Source: an uncultured Acidobacteriota bacterium (GTDB lineage Bacteria > Acidobacteriota > Thermoanaerobaculia > Multivoradales > UBA5704). Taken from it: DNA of 64,000 nucleotides. A program made the translations under genes and the position numbers. The notes beneath the pieces are model-generated. The model had not been told where the DNA came from, searched no databases, and saw only the letters and a program-made list of their open reading frames with translations. Positions 32,292-41,421 of the stretch are shown here, piece by piece (position 1 is the first letter of the stretch; each line of letters begins with the position of its first letter). The DNA lies in assembly GCA_963700145.1 (NCBI GenBank), contig OY969474.1, positions 3,104,001 through 3,168,000 on the forward strand, in the 5' to 3' direction.

Positions 32292-33248
32292 TTGGGGATT
32301 ATGCCTGACCAGGGAGCCAGCCGGTCTAAGCTCTCGCGGATGGACAGGCAGGCAGCCGGAGCTGTCTTTCGCCGGTGGGTTGGGCCGGTAGTGAGCTTCC
32401 TTCTGGGATGGGCCTACAATCTGACCGGCCCCAAGAATCCGCTCATTGCCCAAGTTCTTCTTGCCATTGCGGCCCTCTGGAGTTTCGCGGCTTTCGTCAC
32501 GCTTGAAAGCGTCAGGCGGTTGTCGTGGAGGGCCAAAGGTGTCGTTTGGTCCGCCGCGGCTCTAGTTTTGTGCTTCCTGTGGTGGGGTGCTGCTTACCAC
32601 ATCTTCGTCCCACCGCCCGAGATCATTCCAGAACAGCTCGCGGAGGCAGCAGCGGAAGCCGCTCTAAGGAAGCAGGCTGCCGCCCAACCCTTATTTGCGT
32701 TTGTCCTACGCTCTTGCGCTCATGACAGAACTGTTGACTGCCTCGAAATTTGGAACCGCGGAGAGCGGATCAGGTCTTTCACTGTACAGCAGTATGCGTT
32801 TGTCAGGGTTACCGGTAGAGACTATCCAGCGTCTCGGGTTATCCCCACCCTCTATTACCAAGAGCAGCGACCGACGGGAAAGCTTGCGGGCAAATTGACG
32901 ACTCTGGTCGGGGCGCCGCCCAGCGGCGGTTCCCTCCGAACCCTAGACCTTCTCGATTCCCAGATGACGAAGAAGTACGGGGAGTGGAATAGCGTGGTAG
33001 ATATTCGACTCTTTATCGAGATGAAGTACATCGATACCGCCGGAAGTAGCCGTAGCTCCGGCTATGAGATTCTCCTGCGAAATCGCTTCGACCCTATCCG
33101 GATTCTTGACTACGATGTCGGCCGATACGGACATTTCACGCAAGAAGAGGAGCGAATAGAACAGTTATCGGTAGATAGCATCGAGAAGAATTGGGACCGC
33201 TACAGGTCCTCCGACGAAGTATTCCCGAGCCTGTTTCGAGGAGAGTAG
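32292..33248 (+). CDS. hypothetical membrane protein (N-terminal TMs), atypical base composition
   Basis: 318-aa ORF with about 3 hydrophobic segments; visibly more A/T than the flanks; start uncertain. Confidence 0.65.
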   Translation: MGIMPDQGASRSKLSRMDRQAAGAVFRRWVGPVVSFLLGWAYNLTGPKNPLIAQVLLAIAALWSFAAFVTLESVRRLSWRAKGVVWSAAALVLCFLWWGAAYHIFVPPPEIIPEQLAEAAAEAALRKQAAAQPLFAFVLRSCAHDRTVDCLEIWNRGERIRSFTVQQYAFVRVTGRDYPASRVIPTLYYQEQRPTGKLAGKLTTLVGAPPSGGSLRTLDLLDSQMTKKYGEWNSVVDIRLFIEMKYIDTAGSSRSSGYEILLRNRFDPIRILDYDVGRYGHFTQEEERIEQLSVDSIEKNWDRYRSSDEVFPSLFRGE

Positions 33249-33256
33249 CGAGAGTG

Positions 33257-33430
33257 CTAATCCTCCACCCCGAGGGCCCTGCGAATGATCTCGCTCTTGG
33301 ACGTGCGCTCGCGCTCTGCCTTCTGCGCCAACGCTTCGACTTCATCGGGATGCATAGGTAGGCGACTTCGCGCACCAGTCCGCGACTCGTGGCGGGCCGG
33401 CTTGGGCGGCTTCTTGGCCTTGGACGCCAT
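33257..33430 (-). pseudogene. degenerate CopG/RHH-type small DNA-binding protein
   Basis: 57-aa ORF ending HPDEVEALAQKAERERTSKSEIIRRALGVED; the expected beta strand (GLVREVAYL) lies in another frame. Confidence 0.55.
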
Positions 33431-33657
33431 GCCGGGAACATGGCCATAGGTGTGGCGCTACTGTAGACACACTGCCGCGCTAGCTCCTTCGCACGGCCCT
33501 TGCCGTTCCCGCGCGACTGGAGTGCGCTCTTCGGCACGGCGAGAATCCCTCGCATCGCCGTGTCGAATTCCAAGGGCTCGGCGAGGTGCATCGGCCCTCC
33601 CTCGCCTTAGGCTGAGGATAGGTGCCTAAGACCTTGGAAGCGGAGACTGGGCACCGG

Positions 33658-34095
33658 TCACCCCGCCGCGAGAGGATGTCGCCAGCGCAGGTGCGGGAAG
33701 CGGCCGAAATCGGAGTCGGTGGTGACCAAGGTGCAGCCGTGCTCGATGGCGATGGCGGCGTGCTGCGCGTCGGCGACGAGCTTCCCGGTCGCCTTGGCGG
33801 CGCGGCAGAGCTCGCCGACGAGCTCCCAGTGCTTTGGTCCAGGACCCAGTAGAAAAGCTGTCGGCCGGCTCGTCAGCTCGTCTGCGAAGCCGAGCGCCTC
33901 CTCCAGCGTCGACGGGCGGCGAAAGATGCGCGGGTTGGTCACGATGCGGACGAGCCCGACGAGGGTGAGAACCGATAGCGCGAAGGGCTCCGGGCCCGTT
34001 GCCAGGTTCGCGACCCAGTCGGCGAAGCGCGGGTGCTCCGCGTGGCTGTCCGCGCGGTGCGCGTAGACGAGGACGTTGACGTCTGGAAGCAGCAC
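33658..34095 (-). CDS. vapC: VapC-family PIN toxin
   Basis: LLPDVNVLVYA...DAQHAAIAIEHG...TTDSDF. Confidence 0.92.
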   Translation of the reverse strand: MLLPDVNVLVYAHRADSHAEHPRFADWVANLATGPEPFALSVLTLVGLVRIVTNPRIFRRPSTLEEALGFADELTSRPTAFLLGPGPKHWELVGELCRAAKATGKLVADAQHAAIAIEHGCTLVTTDSDFGRFPHLRWRHPLAAG

Positions 34096-34096
34096 G

Positions 34097-34363
34097 TCAG
34101 GTCTCCTCGTCGGCGGATCCGTAGATGGCCTCGTCCTCCGCGACGAGAAGCTCCGAAGTCCGGTCGAGGTCGATGCCGGGACGGGGACCGCCGCCGCCGA
34201 CGGTGATGAGCCGGAACGGAGGCGGCTCGTCTGGGCGGGGCCGCTTGGCGAGATACTCCTCGAGCGCGCGCGACACCAAACCGCTCAAGGACTTCCCCTC
34301 GCGCCGAGCGCGGCTCCGCGCCGCCTCTCCAAGCCGGTCGTCGACGAAGATCGTCGTCCTCAT
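34097..34363 (-). CDS. vapB: VapB-like RHH antitoxin
   Basis: MRTTIFVDD...A.REGKSLS...PGIDLD; immediately upstream of vapC. Confidence 0.85.
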   Translation of the reverse strand: MRTTIFVDDRLGEAARSRARREGKSLSGLVSRALEEYLAKRPRPDEPPPFRLITVGGGGPRPGIDLDRTSELLVAEDEAIYGSADEET

Positions 34364-34405
34364 GTGGCGTAGAGTACCACGGGTTCATACCGTAATACTA
34401 CGACC

Positions 34406-34474
34406 TTAATCCCTCTCGACTAAAGTGTTCCAGGTCTTGAGCTTATCGGCGAGTGAGTTGGGGTTCGTGGGCAT
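34406..34474 (-). pseudogene. truncated paralogue of the 2287-2709 helical protein (MPTNPNSLADKLKTWNTLVERD*)
   Basis: GAAGGAGAGG RBS; SLADKLKTWNTLVE aligns with TLGERLKSWRLLAE; after a 2-nt shift it continues GLRS (compare GLKS). Confidence 0.7.
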
Positions 34475-34510
34475 GATCCTCTCCTTCGAACGGGGGTTTG
34501 CGGGGCGCCG

Positions 34511-34733
34511 GAGATAGATCTCGAGGACCCGGAGATAGATCTCGGCGGTCCGGAGATAGATCTCGAGCTATGGAAGATTCATCTCGGGCGCTCCGGGATA
34601 GATCTCAGAGGGCCGAAGACTTATCTTTCGGAGCTCCGGGATAGATCTCCGTGGCTCTGGGATAGATCTCGGGAGGCCCGGGATAGATCTCCGGGACTCC
34701 GGGATAAATCTCCGGGGCTCCGGGATAGATCTC
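34511..34733. repeat. degenerate tandem array, 11 units of 21 bp (one 22-bp step), palindromic core GAGAT-NN-ATCTC
   Basis: Cores at 34511, 34532, 34553, 34574, 34595, 34616, 34638, 34659, 34680, 34701, 34722. Confidence 0.92.
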
Positions 34734-34840
34734 GGACGAAGAGCGAAAGGGGAGGAAGTCCGGCGGACTACGCCTCGGTTACGCCGGTTGTCGGGGCGGG
34801 GCTCCGGCGTTTCAGCCGCCGCGTCCTTAGAATCCACACG

Positions 34841-35431
34841 ATGGCGGACGACGAGGTGCTGTACTTCGCCACGCCCGCCGCCTGGCGCGGCTGGCTGGAG
34901 AAGCACCACGACAAGGCGAAGGAGCTGTGGGTCGGCTTCTACAAGCGGGACTCGGGGAAGCCGTCGATCACCTGGCCCCAGTCCGTCGACGAGGCGCTCT
35001 GCTTCGGCTGGATCGACGGCGTGCGCAAGTCGATCGACGAGACGCGCTACAAGATCCGTTTCACCCCGCGCAAGCCGACCAGCACCTGGAGCAGCGTCAA
35101 CATCAAGCGCGTCGCCGAGCTCACCGAGCTTGGCCGCATGCGCCCCGCCGGCCTCGCCGCCTTCGAGCGGCGCAGCGAGAAGAGATCGGGGATCTACGCC
35201 TACGAGCAGCGCAAGGAGATCGTGCTCGACCCCGCCTACGAGAAGAAGCTCCGCGCCAACAAGAAGGCCTGGGTGTTCTTCACGTCGTCGGCCCCTTCCT
35301 ACCAGCACGTCATCCTCTTCTGGATCATGGGCGCCAAGCAGGAGCAGACCCGCCTGCGCCGCCTCGAGCGGCTCATCGAGGACTCCGCCGCCGGCCGCAA
35401 GGTCGGGATCATGGGAGCTGCGGCAAAGTGA
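34841..35431 (+). CDS. YdeI/OmpD-associated (bacteriocin-protection) protein
   Basis: WRGWLEKHH, VDEALCFGWIDG, FTPRKP.S.WS, AKQEQTR. Confidence 0.9.
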   Translation: MADDEVLYFATPAAWRGWLEKHHDKAKELWVGFYKRDSGKPSITWPQSVDEALCFGWIDGVRKSIDETRYKIRFTPRKPTSTWSSVNIKRVAELTELGRMRPAGLAAFERRSEKRSGIYAYEQRKEIVLDPAYEKKLRANKKAWVFFTSSAPSYQHVILFWIMGAKQEQTRLRRLERLIEDSAAGRKVGIMGAAAK

Positions 35432-35455
35432 AAGGGGGGCGGTTGCCCGCCCCCC
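35431..35455 (-). terminator. intrinsic terminator hairpin between convergent genes
   Basis: GGGGGGCGG-TTGC-CCGCCCCCC stem-loop with a short T-run on the minus strand. Confidence 0.65.
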
Positions 35456-35488
35456 GGAAGGGTCCTGCTGTTTGCCTAGCGCCCCGCT

Positions 35489-38425
35489 CTAGAAGTCGTA
35501 CCGCAGCGAGAGCTGGAAGGTACGCGGGGTCGCATAGACGCCGTTGAGGGCGCCGAAGCCGGCGCGGGTCGGCGTCGCGCTCGTGGCGCTGCCCCAGACG
35601 GGCTGGGTGACGAAGCGGTTGGCGGCGTCGCTGCAGTTGAAGCACTCCACCCCCACCGCGAGGTCGCCGGGGCCGATGCCGAACTCCTTGAACACCCGCA
35701 GGTCGAGCTGGCGGAAGTCCGGCTGGCGGAAGCTGTTGCGGCCGAAGTGCTCGCCGTTGACCGTCGGGCGGTCGGTCGCGGTCTCACCGTCGAAGTTGAC
35801 GTCGGACCCGACCGTGGCGTTGAAGGGCGAGCCGGTGGCGAAACGGAAGCTGCCCGAGAGGCCGAGCCCCCAGAACGGCGTCCGCCAGAGGGCGTTCGCC
35901 CCGACCTTCCACTCCTGGTCGCGGTTCGACGGCCCCCAGTTGAGGTCGAGGTTGTTGAAGTCCTCGGCCTGGATGCCGGCGAAGTTCCGCTCGTTCGAGT
36001 CGCTGTCCTCGTCCTCCGACCAGGTGATCGACGCGAAGGCGCTCCAGTTGTCGGAGTAGCGGCGGTTGAAGCTGCCGGTGATCGCCTTGAACTCGGACTC
36101 GGCGTCCGAGAGGCTGGTGGTGATCCGGCCGTAGAAGGGGAACGGGAAGACCGTGCGGCTGTAGGTCGGCAGCCCGTTGGCGCCGACGCCGCCGTCGTAG
36201 ACGCGGTTGATGTCGGTCAGGCGCTGGAGCTGCTTGCCCTCGGCGTAGGTCAGGTCGAGTCCCACCGAGGCGTTGGCCATGACCTCGTGCTGCACGCCGA
36301 GCGTCAGGCGGTCGGTGTAGGGGTTCTCGAAGCTCTCGTCGACCGTGAAGACGCCGGGGCGCGGCACGAAGGGCACCCGCGTGAAGTCGATGCGCTCGAC
36401 CCCCACCGGCGTCCAGGACGTGCCGAAGCCCAGGGGACCTGCCAGCGGATCGGTCGGCGCCTGGACGACCCCGTTCACGACCCGGTTGCTGATGATGTAC
36501 TGCGTGCCTTTCAGGCCGTTCGAGGTGTAGAGCTGGGCGAGCAGGATGGCCGGCGTGCGGCTCCAGAAGCGCCCGGCCGAGACGCGCACCACGGTGTCCT
36601 CCCGCGGCGACCAGGAGACGCCGAGGCGCGGCGAGATCTGGTCGGTCAGGTCCATGTCGGGGATGTCGCGGCTGAGGTTGAAGGAGCCGTTCGGGTTGCG
36701 GTCGTCCGGGTTGAGGATCGGGTCGTCCGGGTTGTCGAGCGCCTCGAAGCGCAGGCCGCCGCTGACGGTCAGGTTGGAGCTCGCGAACCACTGGTCCTGG
36801 AAGAAGAGGGCCTGCTCCTTCTGCCCGAAGCTGGCCCGGCCGGCCTCGATCGAGGTCAGGCCGCCGACGCCGCCGAACTGCCGGTACTGCGACCACCGTC
36901 CGGCCAGCAGGTCGGCCTCGTTGTTGAAGACGAAGACGCCGCGCCAGTTGCCGCGGAAGACCTGGTCGATCGAGGTGTCGTTGTACTCGAGCCCGCCCTT
37001 CAGGACGTGGTCGCCGACCGAGTAGGTCACCGTGTCGCCGAACGCCTTGCGCTCGGTGTCCGTGGGGTCGATCGGCAGGAAGCTGACCTCGCCGTAGCGG
37101 AAGGCGCCGAGCTGGATCTCGGGGAGGTTCAGGCCCTTGTCGGCGCGCGGCGTCGACTCCTCGATGAAGTTGAGGTTGAGGTCGTTGAGCAGGCTCGCGC
37201 CGAAGGCGCCCGACCACTGCCCGACCCAGGCGTCGGTGTTGAGCCCCTCGACGCCGTTGTAGCTCGCGGTGCGGGTCTGCGAGTTCGAGGTGCCGTTGAC
37301 TCCCTCGTAGTCGGTGAAGTTGCCGCGCAGCATGAAGCGGTGGGCCGGGCTCGCCTGGAAGTCGAGGCGGCCGAAGAGGACGTCGCCGTCCTGGGTCTGC
37401 ACGTACTGCGGGGACGAGGCGAGCGCCGGGTAGCGGGCGAAGATGTCGGCGTCGAGCACCAGCGGGTTGATCGGGATGGTCTCGCTCTTGGCCTGCTCGT
37501 CGTAGGACACGAAGTAGAAGAGCTTGTCCTGGATGATGCGGCCGCCGAGCGAGCCGCCGTACTGCTCCTTCTCCTGGTCGCCCGGCGCGGTGCCGTTGTT
37601 GAAGTCGGCGATGTAGTCCTGCGGCTGGTTGTAATAGAAGACCGAGCCGTGCAGGTTGTTGGTGCCGCTCTTGGTGATGACGTTGACGAAGCCGCCGCCG
37701 GAGCGCCCGAACTCGACCGAGGCGCCGTTGGTGATGACGGTGAACTCCTTGATCGACTCCTGCGAGATGGCGAGCGGCGCGCGCCCCTCGGCGCCGCCGA
37801 CGGTGCCGCCGAAGAAAGCGTTGTTGAAGTCGACGCCGTCGATGGTGACGTTGGTGTTGATGCCGCGCTGGCCGGAGATCGCCAGGTTGCCGCGCTCGGA
37901 ATCGGTGCGCGTCTGCGGCGTCATCAGCACCAGGTTCTTGAAGTCGCGGCCGCTCACCGGCAGCGCTTCGATCTGCTCGGTCTGGATGGTCGTCGAGGAG
38001 GAGGTGTTGGTGACCTCGACCAGCGGCACCGTGTCGGTGACGGTGATCGTGTCGGCCACCTGCGCCGGCTGCATCGTGAAGTTGATCGTCGGCGCCGAGC
38101 CGAGGAGCAGCCGCACGTCGGGCTGCTCCAAGGTGGCGAACCCGTCGAGCGCGGCGGTCAGCACGTAGGTGCCGGTCGGCAGGTTCAAGAGGCGGTAGAA
38201 GCCGTTCTCGTCGGTGACCCCCGTCACGACGAGCCCCGTCTCGGTGTTGCGAGCCTCGATGGTCACGCCCGGCAGCGGCGTGCCTTCACCGTCGGTGACG
38301 ATGCCGGAGATGCGGCTGGTCGTGACGTCCGTCTGGGCCAGGCCGGGGGCAGCGGCGCCCAGGAACAGGACGGCGGCGAGGAGCGCCCACACTCCCCGCA
38401 TGGGGTTGGTTAGGCCGGACAGCAT
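35489..38425 (-). CDS. Oar-like TonB-dependent receptor with carboxypeptidase-regulatory N-domain
   Basis: Signal peptide; G.PLPGVTI, EFGRSGGG.VNVITKSGTN; C-terminal LSLRYDF. Confidence 0.92.
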   Translation of the reverse strand: MLSGLTNPMRGVWALLAAVLFLGAAAPGLAQTDVTTSRISGIVTDGEGTPLPGVTIEARNTETGLVVTGVTDENGFYRLLNLPTGTYVLTAALDGFATLEQPDVRLLLGSAPTINFTMQPAQVADTITVTDTVPLVEVTNTSSSTTIQTEQIEALPVSGRDFKNLVLMTPQTRTDSERGNLAISGQRGINTNVTIDGVDFNNAFFGGTVGGAEGRAPLAISQESIKEFTVITNGASVEFGRSGGGFVNVITKSGTNNLHGSVFYYNQPQDYIADFNNGTAPGDQEKEQYGGSLGGRIIQDKLFYFVSYDEQAKSETIPINPLVLDADIFARYPALASSPQYVQTQDGDVLFGRLDFQASPAHRFMLRGNFTDYEGVNGTSNSQTRTASYNGVEGLNTDAWVGQWSGAFGASLLNDLNLNFIEESTPRADKGLNLPEIQLGAFRYGEVSFLPIDPTDTERKAFGDTVTYSVGDHVLKGGLEYNDTSIDQVFRGNWRGVFVFNNEADLLAGRWSQYRQFGGVGGLTSIEAGRASFGQKEQALFFQDQWFASSNLTVSGGLRFEALDNPDDPILNPDDRNPNGSFNLSRDIPDMDLTDQISPRLGVSWSPREDTVVRVSAGRFWSRTPAILLAQLYTSNGLKGTQYIISNRVVNGVVQAPTDPLAGPLGFGTSWTPVGVERIDFTRVPFVPRPGVFTVDESFENPYTDRLTLGVQHEVMANASVGLDLTYAEGKQLQRLTDINRVYDGGVGANGLPTYSRTVFPFPFYGRITTSLSDAESEFKAITGSFNRRYSDNWSAFASITWSEDEDSDSNERNFAGIQAEDFNNLDLNWGPSNRDQEWKVGANALWRTPFWGLGLSGSFRFATGSPFNATVGSDVNFDGETATDRPTVNGEHFGRNSFRQPDFRQLDLRVFKEFGIGPGDLAVGVECFNCSDAANRFVTQPVWGSATSATPTRAGFGALNGVYATPRTFQLSLRYDF

Positions 38426-38515
38426 AAGGACCCTCCTTTGGTCTTTGGTGGTCGGTGGGGAACGGCGCGATTCTAGCCCAAAGCGGGTCTAGAATCGCGC
38501 AAGAGGCCCATCCTT

Positions 38516-39319
38516 TTGTACTCCCGCAATCCCGGTCCCGGTCGCGTCGCTCTGGGCGGGCTGGGGCTCGGCGGGCCGGCGCCGCGCGACCTGCTGGCGC
38601 TCCTCGCCGTCCTCTTCGCCACCTTCGCGCTGCAGTTCCTGGCCCCGGCGCTGGTGGCGCCGCTGCGGCTCACCTCCGAGGCCTGGCGCAGCCTCTGGCT
38701 CTGGCAGCCGCTGACCTACGCCGCCATTGGGTACGGGCCGCCCAGCCTCTGGTTCTTGCTCGAGCTGCTGATGCTCTTCTGGTTCGGGCGCGACGTCTAC
38801 GGCCAGCTCGGCCGGCGGCGTTTCTGGCGCACCTTGGCCGCCGGGGCGCTCGCCGCGGCGGCGGCGGCGCTTGCCGTCGATCTCGCCGGCGCGTTCCTCG
38901 CCGGGCGTCCGGCCACCCTCTTCTCGCTGATGCAGGGGCAGCGGATCGTCCTCGTTGTCGTGGTGGCCGCCTTCGCCACCCTCTACCGCGACGCCACGAT
39001 CTACCTCTTCTTCATCCTGCCGCTGCCGGCCCGCTGGCTCCTCTGGACCACTCTCCTGATCGCCTTCATCGGCTTCCTGCAGATGCCGGCGCCGGGGCAG
39101 CCGCGCGACCTGCCGGGGCTCCTCGGGATCTGCGCCGCCGTCGCGGCGACCTGGCTGGCGCTGACCGGCCGCGGCTCCCGCCGCGGCCTGCGCGACTCGC
39201 GGCTGCGGCTCGAGCGCTGGTGGCTCGAGCGGCGGCTGGACCGCCACCGCCGCAAGAGCCGGCTGCGCGTCGTGCGCGAAGACCCGGGCGAGGTGCGCAA
39301 GGGCCCCTGGGTCCACTAG
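38516..39319 (+). CDS. rhomboid-like integral membrane protein
   Basis: LWQPLTY motif and multiple TMs; catalytic dyad not evident. Confidence 0.65.
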   Translation: MYSRNPGPGRVALGGLGLGGPAPRDLLALLAVLFATFALQFLAPALVAPLRLTSEAWRSLWLWQPLTYAAIGYGPPSLWFLLELLMLFWFGRDVYGQLGRRRFWRTLAAGALAAAAAALAVDLAGAFLAGRPATLFSLMQGQRIVLVVVVAAFATLYRDATIYLFFILPLPARWLLWTTLLIAFIGFLQMPAPGQPRDLPGLLGICAAVAATWLALTGRGSRRGLRDSRLRLERWWLERRLDRHRRKSRLRVVREDPGEVRKGPWVH

Positions 39320-39323
39320 CTCC

Positions 39324-39791
39324 CTACATTTCCACCCCCGCCGCCGCCAGCCAGCGCTCCATCCGCGTCACGTGCGTGGCGCGCCAGTAGTAGCGGCCGC
39401 AGCCGGGGCAGCGGCGGAACTTCTCCTGGGTGCGGGCGACGAATGGGGGCACGTGCTGGCGCGCCGTCGCGGCGTCCACCGGCACCAGCGGCGTGTTGCA
39501 GCGCAGGCAGCGGGTGAAGAGGCCCGCCGGGTCGGGCGTCAGCGCCAGCTCGTCGAGCACCTGGCGGAGCTGCTCGGGGACGCGGCCGGAGCGCACCAAG
39601 AGGTGGTCCCGGGCGAGGCGGCGCTCCAGGAGCTTGCGGTCGCGGGTGAGGATCGTCCGGCCCTCGGCGGCGGCGAGCTGCACGAGAGCGCCGTCGTCGA
39701 GCCCCGGGTCGTAGGCCGTGTCGAGGCCGAGCACCCGCAGCCAGCGGGCGAGTGCCCCGAGCATCGCGTCGGCGAAGAGGCGGCCGGCCAT
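39324..39791 (-). CDS. Mut7-C RNase domain protein
   Basis: ADAMLGALARWLRVLGLDT, ILTRD, RCLRCN, CPGCGRYYW. Confidence 0.9.
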   Translation of the reverse strand: MAGRLFADAMLGALARWLRVLGLDTAYDPGLDDGALVQLAAAEGRTILTRDRKLLERRLARDHLLVRSGRVPEQLRQVLDELALTPDPAGLFTRCLRCNTPLVPVDAATARQHVPPFVARTQEKFRRCPGCGRYYWRATHVTRMERWLAAAGVEM

Positions 39792-39873
39792 CCGCGCCGT
39801 TTCTACCACCCGGCCGGCCCGCGAATGAACCGTTCCCGGCCGCCGCGGGACGTACCCTGCGGAGGAGTCTTCT

Positions 39874-41319
39874 ATGAGAAAGCCGCTCCAGATCGCCGGG
39901 CTCGTGGCCTGGGTGCTGTTCGCGACCGCCGCGGCGCGCGCGCAGTACGACGATCCCCCCGATCCCGAGCCGGGCGCCAACTGCCTGGCCGGCGACGTCC
40001 AGATCAACGCCGGGACCAACAACCGCTTCACTCCCGGCAACACGACCATCCAGCAGGGCCAGATCGTCTGCTTCCGCAACAACACGTCGATCCCGCACAG
40101 CGTCCACGCCACCGGCCTCTTCCAGTGCTCGGGCGACTGCGACCCCAACCCCAACAACCCCAGCGGACCGCTGGGCGAGCCGTCCACCGGCTGGGTGACG
40201 CGCATCCGCTTCACCGACACCGGGACGGTCAACTACTTCTGCGACCTGCACGTCAGCATGGGGATGACCGGCACGATCGTCGTCCAAGGCTCCACCGCCA
40301 CCACGCCGGGAGCGCTCTCCTACACCGTCTCCAACTTCTCCGTCTCCGAGGCCGGCGGCAACGCCACGATCAACGTGCGGCGCACCGGCGGCGACGACGG
40401 CGCGGTCTCCGTCCAGTACGCGACGGCGAACGGCAGCGCGACGGCCGGCAGCGACTACACGACCAAGACCGGCACCCTCTCCTGGCCCGACAACGACGAC
40501 AACAACAAGAGCTTCACCGTCGCGATCGCCAACGACACCGCGGACGAGGCGAACGAGACGGTGCAGCTCAGCCTGAGCGCCCCGACCGGCGGCGCCACGC
40601 TCGGCAGCCCGTCGTCGGCGACCCTCACCATCAACGACAACGACGGCGGCGGCGGTGGCGGCGGCGGCACGACGGCGCCGGCGGCGCCGAGCCTCCTCAA
40701 GGCGCGCGGCGACTCGACCACCGAGATCCTCCTCACCTGGAAGGACAACGCGACCAACGAGACGCAGGTCCTGATCGAGCGGCGGCCGCTCGAAGGGGGC
40801 ACCTTCGTCCAGGTCGGCACCGCCGCGGCCAACGCGACCGCGTTCACCGCCGGCGGGCTGACGCCGGAGACCGCCTACGAGTTCCGGGTGCGCGCCGCCA
40901 ACTCCGGCGGCAACTCGGCCTACTCCAACGTCGCCGACGCCTCGACCGACACCAACGACGTCGGACCCTGCATCGACGGCCCCAACACCCTCTGCGTCAA
41001 CAACGAGCGCTTCAAGATCGAGGTCGACTTCGCAACCGCCCAGAACAGCGGCGCCGCCTCGGCCGTGGCGATCCCCACGGCGCCGGCCTCCGGCCTTTTC
41101 TACTTCTTCGGCGCCGACAACATCGAGCTGCTGATCAAGGTGCTCAACGCCTGCGGCGTCAACAACCGCTACTGGGTCTTCTTCGCCGCCACCACGAACG
41201 TCGAGTTCACGGTGAAAGTGCTCGACACCCAAACCGGAAAGACGCGGTTCTACTTCAACCCGCTCAACCGGACCGCGCCGCCGGTCCAGGACACGGACGC
41301 CTTCTCGACCTGTCCGTAA
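39874..41319 (+). CDS. secreted cupredoxin + Calx-beta + FN3 protein with conserved C-terminal domain
   Basis: Type-1 Cu ligands H...CDLHVSMGM; ATAGSDY...DEANET; FN3 YEFRVRA; ELLIKVLNAC...YWVF tail. Confidence 0.85.
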   Translation: MRKPLQIAGLVAWVLFATAAARAQYDDPPDPEPGANCLAGDVQINAGTNNRFTPGNTTIQQGQIVCFRNNTSIPHSVHATGLFQCSGDCDPNPNNPSGPLGEPSTGWVTRIRFTDTGTVNYFCDLHVSMGMTGTIVVQGSTATTPGALSYTVSNFSVSEAGGNATINVRRTGGDDGAVSVQYATANGSATAGSDYTTKTGTLSWPDNDDNNKSFTVAIANDTADEANETVQLSLSAPTGGATLGSPSSATLTINDNDGGGGGGGGTTAPAAPSLLKARGDSTTEILLTWKDNATNETQVLIERRPLEGGTFVQVGTAAANATAFTAGGLTPETAYEFRVRAANSGGNSAYSNVADASTDTNDVGPCIDGPNTLCVNNERFKIEVDFATAQNSGAASAVAIPTAPASGLFYFFGADNIELLIKVLNACGVNNRYWVFFAATTNVEFTVKVLDTQTGKTRFYFNPLNRTAPPVQDTDAFSTCP

Positions 41320-41336
41320 TCAGGGCCCTCCAGGGC

Positions 41337-41383
41337 CGGCCGGCCCCCGTTTTTTCCCGCGAGGGGGCCGGCCGATTTTTTTT
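41337..41383 (+). terminator. rho-independent terminator
   Basis: CGGCCGGCCCCC...GGGGGCCGGCCG stem followed by ATTTTTTTT. Confidence 0.8.
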
Positions 41384-41421
41384 CCACCGGTCTCCTTTAG
41401 GATGCAGCCAGAGAGTCTCCG

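Noticed and set aside
34511-34733. CRISPR interpretation of the 21-bp arrays (also 2777-3028 and 53342-53690)
   Set aside because: Cores are only 12 bp and linkers 9 bp, far below CRISPR repeat/spacer sizes, and no cas genes are in the window.
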